DNA of 63,081 nt, filler included, from Octopus bimaculoides (lineage: Eukaryota), in NCBI RefSeq assembly GCF_001194135.2. It is 6 parts of 6 records of this genome, joined end to end, with 100 filler letters (N's around TTAATTAATTAA, not from the genome) between each part and the next. Parts side by side here need not be neighbours in the genome. Positions count along the whole stretch, not along the records: positions 1 to 18,621 come from NC_068994.1; 5 more parts are not named here. One strand, written 5' to 3'. The notes beneath the pieces were generated by a model. That model was not told the origin of the DNA, searched no databases, and saw only the letters and a program-made list of their open reading frames with translations. Each line of letters begins with the position of its first letter. Within the stretch, counting starts at the first letter, position 1. A program made the position numbers and the translations under genes. This document shows, piece after piece, positions 1 to 11,879 of this stretch.

Positions 1-245
1 AGATGGACGGTCCACTGAAGTGCTCTGGCAAGGGCGGTGTGGATAGTGGTGAGGGGATATCCACGTAGGATGAAGTGGCGAGCCATGAGTTGAGACTGAG
101 TCTCAAAGTCATGGTTGTCACAGCAGAGCCTGCGTAGACGGAGGAATTGGGAATAGGGGATGGAGAGCTTGGTGTGTTTAGGGTGGGAGGAGGAGAAGTT
201 GAGGTATGAATGTAATTCTGTCTGTTTGTAGTGGATGGAGGTGGT
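1..245 (-). mobile_element. Penelope-like element RT C-terminal (thumb/HTH) fragment, Poseidon/Neptune-type
   Basis: Minus strand translates without stops to TSIHYKQTELHSYLNFSSSHPKHTKLSIPYSQFLRLRRLCCDNHDFETQSQLMARHFILRGYP, the typical PLE post-RT motif; runs off the window edge. Confidence 0.85.
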
Positions 246-289
246 AAAAAAAGTATTCCATCTGGTGAGAGATAAATATCATTTATATA

Positions 290-875
290 AAGGTTACAAT
301 ACATGTATTTAAGCGCTACTAATAGTTTCATATGTTGAGAAATACTCATCTATATTCTTCAGGTGCAAATCACATATCATAACGAAGTAAAAAAAAAAAT
401 TGAATAATAGATGAAACCCGAAAAAAACTGAGAAAGTAGCATATAGAAAACGTACAAAGTAAAAAACGGAAAACAAAAAACATAAAACGGAAAACAAAGA
501 ACACAAAAACTAAAGTGTAAAAATTAAAAAAAGTAAAGAGGGAAAAGAACTATCCTCCTTAGGCCTTAGATGATAAAGCTGGAAAGATATCAAGTCAGTC
601 AGAAATAGGCGGAATTTTCCAATTCTTCAAAAAATATTTATACATGTGCTTGCCGCCACTGAAAATTTCTGGCCTAGAGTTCAATAGAGAGTTAGGGATC
701 TTAAATCTGAACCCTTTCAGCTAAACAAATCTTACATTTATTCGATCCAATCACATAAGGCATGGATTTCTCAATTACTTTCCATTTAATCACATGTGGT
801 GTTTCATTATCTTTCAAAGACCATATGTAGCCAGCCAACTTGGTAGCTTTACTTTTATCGCTATGTCGGAAGGAG
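290..875 (-). mobile_element. PLE GIY-YIG endonuclease C-terminus plus 3' UTR/pseudo-LTR
   Basis: About 610-875 on the minus strand translates VASFRHSDKSKATKLAGYIWSLKDNETPHVIKWKVIEKSMPYVIGSNKCKICLAE, similar to the EN C-terminus at 59640-59840; a pyrimidine-rich UTR and a hammerhead motif follow. Confidence 0.8.
313..366 (-). ncRNA. Type I hammerhead ribozyme, catalytic core intact
   Basis: Minus strand: GCAC-CTGAAGA-ATAT(AGA)TGAG tattt CTCA(AC)ATAT-GAAAC-TATTA-GTA-GCGC; stems II and III pair and stem I has one mismatch. Confidence 0.8.
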
Positions 876-977
876 GCTACGTGATTGTTCTGTTTGGCTG
901 AACCGCTAAGTTATGGGTCATAAACATTCCAACACTGGTTGTCAAGTGGTGATAGGGGGACAAATACAGAGACAATG

Positions 978-978
<1 letters not shown>

Positions 979-1043
<65 letters not shown>
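979..1043. repeat. (CA)n microsatellite following a SINE fragment (about 888-978)
   Basis: Pure CA run preceded by GAACCGCTAAGTTA...GGTTGTCAAG, shared with SINE copies at 5441 and 16442. Confidence 0.9.
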
Positions 1044-1045
<2 letters not shown>

Positions 1046-1779
1046 GGTGCAAATATTTAGGAGTGAATATTTACATAGATATTATTGTTATTATTATCCA
1101 GAGTGACATAAATAGTTGATAATAACAACAACAACAATAATATAAGTGGCTGCAGGCCTAAAATAGCATTATATAGCTACAGAATTAACATTCATATCAA
1201 TCATAAGAGCACACAAATGTGCCTGCCTCCTGGAAATAAGAGTTAAAACCCTCATTTAAACCACCAATAATAACACTGAAATTACGACAGAAAATCAATC
1301 GTAGTCGGGCGAGCGAGACGAAGAAAAGTCTTTCACATGCCTATATAGCCCAATGCTATATATTTCTAAGTACTTGGATACACGTGGACCGGTTTCTACT
1401 TTGACATGCCGTCCTACCTTCCTCAGCATGTATTACGGGATGAAACAATCTTCTCAATCCGTCACATTGAAATGTGCTGGCGTTCTGAATTGTTTTGCGC
1501 CAAAATCAGAACAGCCTCAGTGTAAAAATACCAACAAGGAGCAAATATTCAGGAGTGAATATTTATATAGATATTATTATTGTTATTTTATCGAGAGTAA
1601 TATAAATAGTTTATAATAACAACAATAGTTATATAAGTGGTTGCAGATCTAGAACAGCATTATATAGCTATAGAATTTAAATTTATAGCAATCATAGGGG
1701 CACGCAAATGTGCCTGCCCACTAGAAATAAGAGTTAAAACTTTCAATTAAACCTCCAATAATAACACTGAAAATTACGA
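1043..1779. repeat. Diverged direct repeat, copies 1043-1287 and 1535-1779 (period 492 bp)
   Basis: Both copies start CAAGG(T/A)GCAAATATT and end AATTACGA; they are colinear with many substitutions. Confidence 0.9.
1380..1433 (-). ncRNA. Minimal type I hammerhead ribozyme motif
   Basis: Minus strand: ATACATG-CTGAGGA-...GAC ggcat GTC...-GAAAC-CG-GTC-CACGTGT; palindromic ACCGGT stem III, stem I 6/7 paired, stem II poorly paired at its base. Confidence 0.7.
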
Positions 1780-1789
1780 AATGTCAACC

Positions 1790-3725
1790 CCCTCACCGGA
1801 CATTGACATGACACTTCAACAATTTATGTCTGTAATGCAAGCCATATGCTACAAATGTGTCGGCCACTGTACACAAGAACAAAATCCTCAGGGAGAGGAA
1901 AATTCTCATGAGACGGCGTCAAAACGTTCAAATCGCCTAAACAAAAAAATTGAAAACACTGAAAAATCCCGCCCGAAAATACAACGGCTGGAGACTTGAA
2001 AAACTCTGCAACTCTTCTATGAAAAAGAAAGAGCAGACAAAGAAGCCTGGGCTATAGACAATATAAAATATAAGTCCAGAGCCTTCTACAAGTTTGCCTA
2101 AGAAACAGCCTCCGTTTACTGCAGGGTAGGGCCACTCCTAAAAAAAACAAAAAAACAAAAAAAAAACATGGTTCNNNNNNNNNNNNNNNNNNNNNNNNNN
2201 NATGGTTCACTTATAGGAAACCCAATGAGGATAAGTGAAATACTAAATGAGCAATTCAAAAGTGTTTTCACTCCATTCTTAGGACACTTGCAAGTCAGCA
2301 ACCCAGCTGACTTTTTTTTACCATCGCAGAGATAAAAACAGAGGTAGTGATGATTGATTACATCAATATAAAAGAAGACGATGTAATAAGGGCTATAGAT
2401 GAAATGAACTCGAACTCAGCTACTGGCCCTGATGGATTCCCAGCAATCCTTCTAAAAGCATGTAAGCGAGTCCTAGCAAGACAACTGCAGTCCCTCTTCC
2501 GGAGCTTCCTTGCAACTGGCAAGCTTCGAAGCAAACCAAAGGAAGGTAAAATATGCCCTATTCATAAAAGAGGTAGCAGAGCAGAGACCAAAATCTACAG
2601 TCTTAACTCTTTGACCTCGCACATCAGCAAAGTCATAGAACGGATAGTCAGAAGAAAACTAATCACCTTCCTTGAGGAAAATGACTTGCTGACTGACACC
2701 CAACATGATTTCCGACCAGGAAGAAGCTGCCTGACTCAACTCTCACAACACTATGACTGGCTGTTGAAATAGCTGCTCAACCACTCAAATGTAGATGTGA
2801 TATATCTCTACTTTGCAAAGGCTTTCGCTAAAGTCGATCATGGAATGATTTGTTATAAACTGCGTGATCTCGGCATAGTCGGAAAATTGGGAGAATGGCT
2901 GCATGACTTTTTGAAGGATAGAAGTCAGGTGGTAGCAGCCAATGGGGCCACCTCCAATGACACGCAAATAGTGAGCGGTGTTCCGCAAGGCGCTATTTTG
3001 GGACCACTACTGTTCATAATAGCCCTCTCAGATATGCCCACAGCCACACAGAGATCCACGATCACAAATTATGCAGATGATACAAAAGTCTCAAAGGTGA
3101 TACAGAACCCTGAAGAGGCTATGCACCTGCAATGTGAGTTGGATGAAATATACAAGTGGGCTGAGAAGAATAGCATGCAGTTTAATAATGAAAAGTTTCA
3201 AGCCTTGTGCTATCAGCATGCAAAACTAAATGCAATACCAATTAAATACACTGGGCGGATTGCAATCCCAGAGACAGTTAGTGCGATACCTGGGCATTTG
3301 CATGAGTAATGACGCATCCTTCCATGTGTATGTTGCTAAGTTGGCAATGAAATGCAGGCGGCTACTCGGATGGTTTCTTAGAACTTTTAGAACGAGAGAT
3401 CAGGAAACCATGATGGTCCTCTGGAGGACATTTGTCCTAAGTCGCTTTGACTATTGCTGTCAGCTATGGTCACCAACCAGTGTAAAATCAATTGCAGAAC
3501 TAGAGGCAATCCAACGAAGCTACAAAAAGAAGATAGACTCTATGGAGCATATAAGCTGCTGGAAAAGACTCAAGAGATTGAGACTCTATTCCCTAGAGCA
3601 CAGGCGGGAAAGATATGGCATAATATACAGCTGGAAGATCCTGGAGGGACTTGTCCCAAACTTTGGCATCGAGACTTACACTAATACTAGAACAGGGTGC
3701 CACTGCATAGTGCCCAAGACTCCAA
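1790..3725 (+). mobile_element. Degenerate CR1-group LINE ORF2 (linker + RT + C-terminal region)
   Basis: Frameshifted ORFs 2347-2772, 2797-3309 and 3230-3763 carry SATGPDG, QHDFRPGRSCLTQL, YLYFAKAFAKVDH, SGVPQGAILGPLLFII, YADD and YLGI motifs. Confidence 0.9.
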
Positions 3726-3893
3726 CTTTATATAGGGTACTATATAAGCTCTTGCTTCGCTAAAACTAGAAGTTAAAATACTCCTAATCTACAATAAGAA
3801 TCACTAAATTAATACAGACCTGATAGGAAAAGCATTTTAGTGAATAAGAATAGCGTCTTACCTCTACAAAAGATGCAGAAGGAATGTCAGTTA

Positions 3894-3951
3894 ATCTGAT
3901 ATCATGGTTTCGAATTTAGCGCCAAAGGCACCTGAATCTCTTCAGTGAGAT
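3894..3951 (-). ncRNA. Minimal type I hammerhead ribozyme, slightly decayed
   Basis: Minus strand: ATCTCA-CTGAAGA-GATTCAGGTGCC ttt GGCGCTAAATTC-GAAAC-CATG-AT-A-TCAGAT; stem III is one G>A from palindromic ACCATGGT. Confidence 0.7.
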
Positions 3952-3981
3952 CTGCAAAAGACAACGTATAGTATACACATA

Positions 3982-4897
3982 TTGGGTTATCCCATAAATA
4001 ATGCGGTTTTTTTCAATTATATAAGCTGAAAGTTGCAAGGGGACGGGATAAACTACCTACATCAACTTGCTATAAAAGCAGGTAGTAATTTTACTTTGTA
4101 CGTATTCTTAGTGCAAATTTTGAAGACTGCAGCTCGATTTTAACCGTTATTTTTTCAAGCTATTATGGAAGTGACAAAGGAGCATATTCAGCGTATTTTG
4201 CTTTATGAGTTCAATAAAGGCAACAACGCAACGGAAAGTGCGAGGAATATTAATGCAGTATATGGGGATCAGATGATAAGCGTAAGCCAGTGTCAACGGT
4301 GGTTCCAGAAATTCCGAGCCGGAGAATACAGCCTAGAAGACGAGCCTCGTCCTGGGAGATCTGTAGAGCTCGACGAGGACGTCCTACAAACCCTGGTGGA
4401 ACAAAATCCCATCCTAACTGTTGAGGAACTAGCATAGAAGCTTGGATTTGGTCATTCAACCATTCATTGATCATCGATTCCTGCATGCCATCGGAAAAGT
4501 CTGCAAATTGGGTCAATGGGTTCTTCACAGAATTTCCGAGTCTAATCGTGCGCGGAGAGTGTGCGCTCTTCTTTGTTGTCACGTCTCACGAATGAACCTT
4601 TTTTGGACCGAATAGTGACTGGTGACGAGAAATGTGTTCTCTATAAAAATGTGAAGCGCTGAAGACAGTGGGTAGGGAAAGGAGAAACACAAGCACCCCA
4701 GGCTAAAGAATGTCTTCACTCACGTAAGGTGTTGTTATCTGTTTAGTGGGATATGAAATGTTTAGTCCACTTTGAACTTTTAAACCGAAACCAAACGATA
4801 ACAAAGATCTATTGCGAAGAGCTTGAACGGCTTAAGCCAGCGCTATAAGAAAAACGACCATCTTTGGTTTCAAGACGAAAGGTATTCTTCCATCAGG
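3982..4897 (+). mobile_element. 3'-truncated, pseudogenised mariner transposon
   Basis: TA then TTGGGTTATCCCATAAATAATGCGG left TIR; ORF MEVTKEHIQRILLYEFNKG...RWFQKF...EDEPRPGR; downstream frames give IVTGDEK and KVLLSV*WD, ending near FFHQ. Confidence 0.9.
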
Positions 4898-5440
4898 GTA
4901 ATGATTGCATATCTGATTTGGACCACCAAGAGATGGTGTTAAATTCTGATCTTTGTGGGTCTTAAAATGTCCAGCGAGGATGACGCTGAGCGAGAGGCTT
5001 TCCCTTAAAGGTCCAGCTTCATTTTTGTTATTACAACCAGAGTTTCTTCGGAAACTTCTCTCTCTCATAAACTGAAAGACCATTGTCATCACCACTATTA
5101 TTTTTCGACATCTGCAAGTTCCAAGCAACTTTCTATTGCATCATTTGCTGCACCTTTGTGCTGGTGGGGTAGGGTGTATTGTATTGTATCAGTATGTTTT
5201 GTTATGGGGATTTGGTTTGAGTCTTCCGTTGTATTAGTTTTTGGGTTGTGTGTTGTTTGTGTAGCGCAGGTTGTGTTCTTCTGTCGGGTATCGGCCTTCT
5301 ATGGCACATATGGGTTTTGTTCATATTGTTGGGTATTTACAGTATAAATTTATTATTGTATGTTTTTTTTTGGTTGGAGTGTTGCATAGTAGCGTGTGTA
5401 AATCATAGATCAACTATTTCATAGTATTTATGGCGTAGTA

Positions 5441-5819
5441 GGTGCGGGAGTGGCTGTGTGGTAAGTAGCTTGCTTACCAACCACATGGTTCTGGGTTCAT
5501 TCCCACTGCGTGGCACATTGAGCCTTGTGGGTGAATTTGGTAGACGGAAAACTGAAAGAAGCCCGTCGTATATATGTATACATATATATATATATATGTG
5601 TGTATATGTTTGTGTGTCTGTGTTTGTTCCCTAACATCGCGTGACAACCGATGCTGGTGTGTTTACGTCCCCGTAACTTAGCGGTTCGGCAAAAGAGGCC
5701 GATAGAATAAGTACTAGGCATTCAAAGAATAAATCCTGGGGTCGATTTGCTCGACTAAAGGCGGTGCTCCAGCATGTCCACAGTCAAATGACTGAAACAA
5801 GTAAAAGAGTAAAAGAGTA
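5441..5819 (+). mobile_element. tRNA-derived SINE (family A), internally deleted
   Basis: A box TGGCTGTGTGG, B-box-like GGGTTCATTCC, internal (TA)/(TG) tract and GAGTAAAA-repeat tail; homologous to 16442-16830, 21447-21660 and 25030-25107. Confidence 0.85.
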
Positions 5820-6409
5820 TCTGTCCGCTGTTCTTTCTCTCTTTTGGTTGGCTTTGTTATTGGTTCCATTTTTACAGCGTTTATTTTTTTAACTGAACAT
5901 CGCCAATGGACATGCTTTGATGCTTTTTTCGTAGTTATAATTATAATAATAATTATTATTATTATTGATGCACCAGCGAGAGACCGAGAAGAAATAGCAA
6001 TGTACATATATAGTGAGATCTTGTATAAATATGGATGAATATGTAATTAAAATGTAAAATTTTAAATTTTACTCACAGGTTTGCAATTTTTGTATAGAAA
6101 TGTGCTTACATTTTTATGCACATGTTGCTGTAACGGTTCATCTGGGGGAAGCTATTTTTTGTATATACAGTATATATACTCCATATAAGCAAAATCTTTC
6201 AGTTTCTTGAGATAGCTTACATTTAGACATAATTTTCTTTCATTGCTTTTGTGGATTCTTAATTTCTACTCCGTGATGGTTTCAGATTTGATCTATCTTC
6301 CCAGCAGCTCGCTGTCACATGCCCATGCTATTTGATATTCACTGTGGTGTTCGTGTTATAACCATAATTATAACTATTATTGATGTATCATCAATCAACT
6401 ATTTCATAT

Positions 6410-6420
6410 TATCATCATCA

Positions 6421-6509
<89 letters not shown>

Positions 6510-6510
6510 T
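6410..6510. repeat. (ATT)n microsatellite, tail of the adjacent R4/Dong-like 3' end
   Basis: About 33 ATT units. Confidence 0.95.
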
Positions 6511-6810
6511 TATGTTTGACTTTCGTTTTGCATTTGTACAAGTTGGATCCATGTCTCACCCAGAGACCTCAAGAGACAACAAGTTAGAAGTTCATGTAGG
6601 TGTTATGCCTAGGGTACCATATATTTGGATTTGTACAGTTTTGTTCAAGTGAATGTTTAAGAAACCATAAGAAAATTATGTGTTTGCTTTAAAATTTGAG
6701 ATCACATAGACAATATTTTACGTAGGATATGGGCAGTTCCCATGAGCACTATCTTTTGAACTTCAGCCATTTTGGGGTTTCCTGGTATCTGAGCTAGGTA
6801 GTAATCTTAT
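6510..6810 (-). mobile_element. R4/Dong-type RLE LINE 3' end
   Basis: Minus strand translates AQIPGNPKMAEVQKIVLMGTAHILRKILSM*, then a 3' UTR ending in (TAA)n. Confidence 0.8.
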
Positions 6811-7489
6811 TATTATTATTATTATCATTATTATTATTGTTGCTGTTGTTGTTATTGTTGTTGCTGTTGTTGTTGTTATTGTTGTTGTTGCTGTTGTTGT
6901 TAAATTGGTAGAGCATCGAACTAAATGCCTCACGTAAAGTATTTTCATATCTTGAGTTGAAATTTCAACGAGGTTCACTGTTCATCATTCTGGTGTTGAT
7001 AAGTTCCACTCAGTTAAAATTTCTGTACTACTATGTTAGAAATGATTATTATTATGTTGTTTGACCGGCAGAATCGCTTAGGTGCCGAACAAAATGTCAT
7101 GCTGTATTTAGTTACGGTTCTTTACATTATGTCTTCAAATTTTCTCGAGGTTAACTTTACATTACTTAGAGAGCGTTTGATTTGCAGAATCCTTATAAGA
7201 TAGAACGAAATATACTGTATTTATTTACGACACTGTTGTTGCTTTATTCCAAGTCAATCACTATGGAAAAGAATTATAACTGAAAAGCTGCAAACATTAT
7301 TTCGTATTTTTTGTAGATATAGTGCACTCAGAACCAAATATTCAATAATGTCCATCCATTTTTTAAACTAGAAGGGTATGATTTTCGGTGAATTTAGTCG
7401 ATATTTCTAGAAGGTCGAGCGACAATATAGAGGTTTACTTGTATTTAATAAACAATAAGGCCCTCCATCGGTTATGGCAACGAGAGTTC

Positions 7490-7630
7490 CCGTTGATCCG
7501 ATCAAAGGAACCTCCGGCTTGTGAAATTAGTATGCAAGTGGCTGAGTACTCCACAGACACGCTTACCCTTAACGTAGTTCTCAAGGAGATTCAACGTGAC
7601 ACAGAATGTGATAAGACTGGCCTTTGAATC
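7490..7630 (-). mobile_element. SINE family C 3' fragment
   Basis: Reverse complement matches 46250-46380 (GTGTCACG..GAAT..CCTTGAGAACTACGTTAAGGG). Confidence 0.7.
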
Positions 7631-7914
7631 ACAAACAAAGCTCAGTTTTGCCAGTTGAGTGTGCTGGAACAATGTCAAGTAAAGTGTCTTGCTGAAGGAC
7701 ACAATGTACCGACAGGAATCGAATTTAAGTTCTTATTGTGAGCCAAATACCTTAATCTCCAAGCCACACATGTATTGGGTGGCCGTACCATAATCAGTGA
7801 AGTGCTGGAAAATATCTATTTCAACGAATGCTTTTATTTATTTATTTAAATCAGATAAATAAATATCTTATCAGATAAGGAACTGAGTCCTTGACTGCTT
7901 CATTTTTTTTCTTC

Positions 7915-8140
7915 CATGACTTGTCTTTTATCTTTTACATGTTTCAGTCATTGGACAAGGCTATGCTGGGACACCACCTTGAAGGGTTTAGTCGAACAAA
8001 TCGACCCCAATACCTATTATAAGCCTTGTACTTATTCTATCGGTCTCGTTTGCCGAACCACTATGTTGGGGGGATGTAAACAAACCAATACTGGTTGTCA
8101 GGCGGTGGTGGAAGACAAACACAAACACAAAATCACACAC
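7915..8140 (-). mobile_element. SINE family A 3' fragment
   Basis: Matches TTTCAGTCATT..GTCGAACAAATCGACCCC..TTATTCTATCGGTCTC..GCCGAACC of other copies. Confidence 0.75.
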
Positions 8141-8149
8141 ATGTAGATT

Positions 8150-9030
8150 CATTTTGCAGCAATCTGTTGCTCTTGGATTAGAAACTGTGTTTGATGTGTT
8201 GTAGTGGCTGTAAGTCTAAGAAAGGCTGAACTTCATGTGGATGCGAGGATCATCTACAAGAATTATACTCATGCATAGTTTGTTTTTTGGTATGCTGAGC
8301 GTTTCATGCCCAAGACTTCTTTGAGTTAAATTGGTCCAACTGTTTTGGGGTTGTATGGGAGGTCGTCTTGAAGCAAGTATTTCTTGAGGCGCTCACTGTC
8401 AACACATAAGATATTGTTTTCTTTCCTTTTCAGCACCAGATTTATATATTTTTGACAGATGCTGTCTGAGAGACACTATACGACATTCAAAGGCTGTCTG
8501 TACTGATTTTAAGTCTCAAATCACTTTAGCTCTTCAACCCAGTTTATCGACAGTACTGTTTCTGTGGACGTTTCCAGTTGTTGTCAAGATCTTGCAGGTT
8601 TTAATGTCTATCGAGTAGATTTCCCCCACATACCGGTCAACATCCCAAATTTCGGAATTAGCACTGGTTCTGCAAATGCCTTGTGGGATATTGTCTTATT
8701 GGAGGAGTGTTTCGATTGCAATATTTTTCTAAGTCTACTGTAATAATTCTTGAGTAGCTTTTCTTTATTCATAACATCTTTTTATGATATTTTTTCCTCA
8801 ATGCCTAAATATTTGTAGCATTCTTTGTGTGGAACAGGGGAGATAGAACGACTGTTGATGCATTGGTTTTGGATTTGGAGGACTAATTGTCCACGTTCAA
8901 CAATCAAATACGAATAGTTCTGTTGGCTAAATTCCATTTTTATGTCAGATAAAAATGTTATTGTTAACTCCAGCTGTTCTTCTGGCGTTGTAAACATTTT
9001 TAGCATCGATCTTCAGGTTCATCTACAAAC
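8150..9030 (-). mobile_element. R4/Dong-type LINE RT C-terminal fragment (decayed)
   Basis: ORF 8782-9006 gives LELTITFLSDIKMEF...ECYKYLGIEE (RT domains 5-7 of R4-like elements). Confidence 0.7.
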
Positions 9031-9264
9031 AAATTATAGGTTACATTGGTACCTGTAGTAGTTGCAAACCCTTGCATGCAGCCATGATAATAGAATTAAT
9101 GACAAAATAAACAGAATAACAGAAAAAATATTCTTTGAAATATTTACAACATTAAAGTTTATCGTTCCGCTCTCAGTTATGAATGTGAGGATTGTTTCCC
9201 AGATCTTTGTGAGTCTCTCTGTGGCAGCGGCTAAGGTAGTAGAAACTTCAGTAACCATGTATGC

Positions 9265-9309
<45 letters not shown>

Positions 9310-9769
9310 TGTATGCGTATATACCTGGAAATGTTTCAGCCAACAACTTTTTACTTGAGTGGAATATGTTGACACAAAACAAGACTTAATCAAACTCAAA
9401 GAACTTTACCAGGTTGTTCTATAAATTGAATACAATCTTGGTTAATACCAGCCGAAACGCATTTATGATTTTTGAAAAGTTTTGTATATATATATTATTT
9501 ATTCCCGAAAANNNNNNNNNNNNNNNNNNNNNNNNNNNNNNNNNNNNNNNNNNNNNNNNNNNNNNNNNNNNNNNNNNNNNNNNNNNNNNNNNNNNNNNNN
9601 NNNNNNNNNNNNNNNNNNNNNNNNNNNNNNNNNNNNNNNNNNNNNNNNNNNNNNNNNNNNNNNNNNNNNNNNNNNNNNNNNNNNNNNNNNNNNNNNNNNN
9701 NNNNNNNNNNNNNNNNNNNNNNNNNNNNNNNNNNNNNNNNNNNNNNNNNNNNNNNNNNNNNNNNNNNNN

Positions 9770-9809
<40 letters not shown>

Positions 9810-10239
9810 GAATTTGAGGAAGCAATATCCCCGTAAGGGATTGTTAAAAAACAATCCAGATGCCAACAAGGTTTAGCCAAATATATTGATAGAAAGTTCC
9901 TCAATATATGTATAACCAATCTCATAAAATCAAATAGTAAATAAAAGAAAATGGAGAAGAAAATATAAAAGATGCTTGGTTCATTTTATTTGTTTCACAA
10001 TTGGAAAAGTAATGCAAATCAAAGGATATACCTATAAGAACAAGTATAAAAGACCTGCACCAACAAAAACAACCCCAAAATATCAAAAAAAAATTCTACA
10101 TATGTTTCAATCCAACAATATGTTTGAATCATCAATAATTGTAACTTTTATAAATGTTATAAACGATATATTGTTAGATCGCTTCAGGAAAACTAAGTGT
10201 ACTTTCTGTCTTGAGTTACGAAATGACTTATTTGAGGAC

Positions 10240-11830
10240 TATGTTTAGGAATTTTCGAATGTAAACAAACTACTTATTAGGACGCAGAGTTCATGTGATT
10301 AGAAATTTATCGTTTAAAATTTAGTTAATATTGAACGTTGAAATTCTGTTACAACATCAAATTTGTTTGAAAAATATATCTATTACTATATTTAAATTTA
10401 AAATTAAATATATTCATTTATAAAGGTTTATGTGAGGAAGATGGTAGAAAGACGGATGTAACTTATGTGGGGTGTAATATGCAAAGAATTAGATTGGGAA
10501 ATGTAAATAAAGATTGGATGAATAACATTGGTGTCATTTAGGATTAAATTGGTTTGGATATAATTTCGGTTTTCTAAGAAAAAATATTTTGTATTTAAAA
10601 TATTAGGTATATAAAAACTATATTGTACTCACGAAATGCGAGAGAAAAAAAAATGGTGTTACAGGAAGATGGATACAAATATAACATAACATGAGTGGTG
10701 TAATGTTTACTAGAAGAAGTACAGTGAAAAATATAACATTAGTGTCATTTAGGATTAAATTGGTTAGGATATAATTTCCGGTGTTCTATGAAAAAATATT
10801 TAGTATTTAAAAGTATTAGTTATATAAAAAGAAAACTATATTGTATTTACGAAATGCTAGAGAAACTAAAAACCGGTGTTACAAGATAAATTCCCTAGGT
10901 CAAAATTTGGGTAACTAGTAATCTCCATTTTTTAAAATATATATGGTTAATCATGTCATTTATCTTAAAGATGTAAAATAGCTTGTGTTTCACTATTAGA
11001 CATATTATGTCTATAAGTCTCATGGATAAAATAGATATCAATACGTACGCGTAGATTAAATTTTCATATTTATATATTGAAATATATTAAAAGTATCAAC
11101 AGTCAATGCTGGGTTACAAGATTTTATAAAAATCAAAGCTAAAGTGTTCAAAGCAGTTTGTAAAAATAGGGGTTGTATTAAAAAAATATATAGATTTGTG
11201 GTTTATTTAATGGTAATTATATGTATATTCTATTTAACAATGAGATAGGTATTATAGATTAGTAGTAAGGGTTAAGATAAATTATTGAATGGTATAATTA
11301 CAAGATTAAGGGTTCAATAGATTACATTTATACGTACATATTGGTGTTAAATATGGTTTATACAATGATTGTTATAATAAATAATTATACTATTATCAAT
11401 TATTTGTTATTTAAAATGTGGGTTATATGGGTGTTCTAAATATCAAAAATTGAAGTGCTGAAATCTAGTATACAAGTTATTGATTATTTATTATTTGAAT
11501 GTATATATATATATACTAAGAATTAAAGTTAAATAGATGATATAGTTTGGGATGATGTTGTAAAGTTTAGGTAAAAATTAGGCATTCGGTTAGTTACATG
11601 CAGTATAAGTAAGGTGGAATTAACAATGGGTGTGATGTTATGTATTAATGTAAGTACGGGATTAAGTATAATGATCAAAATAAAAATAAATTTAGAATAA
11701 AAATCAGTAAAATTTTATATTAATATTAAGGCTTAATACAGGGTTATGGGGATAAAAATAGTGGTTCTAATTATGCGCATATAAAAAAGTATTGTTACTG
11801 AAAAATATGCGGATGGTATTATAAGATACT
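10240..11830 (-). repeat. AT-rich PLE-like 3' UTR in inverted orientation to the adjacent PLE RT
   Basis: Composition mirrors the PLE UTRs at 12650-13190 and 59950-60700; 10940-11420 has an inverted copy at 15724-17086. Confidence 0.5.
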
Positions 11831-11879
11831 AATTGATCCACTTAAATGTTAAAAAACAGGATATATATACATACATATA

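Noticed and set aside
9040-9430. Exon-like segments on both strands (e.g. YECEDCFPDL; minus-strand CAG|GTATAT)
   Set aside because: Conflicting strands and phases with stops; cannot support a gene model.
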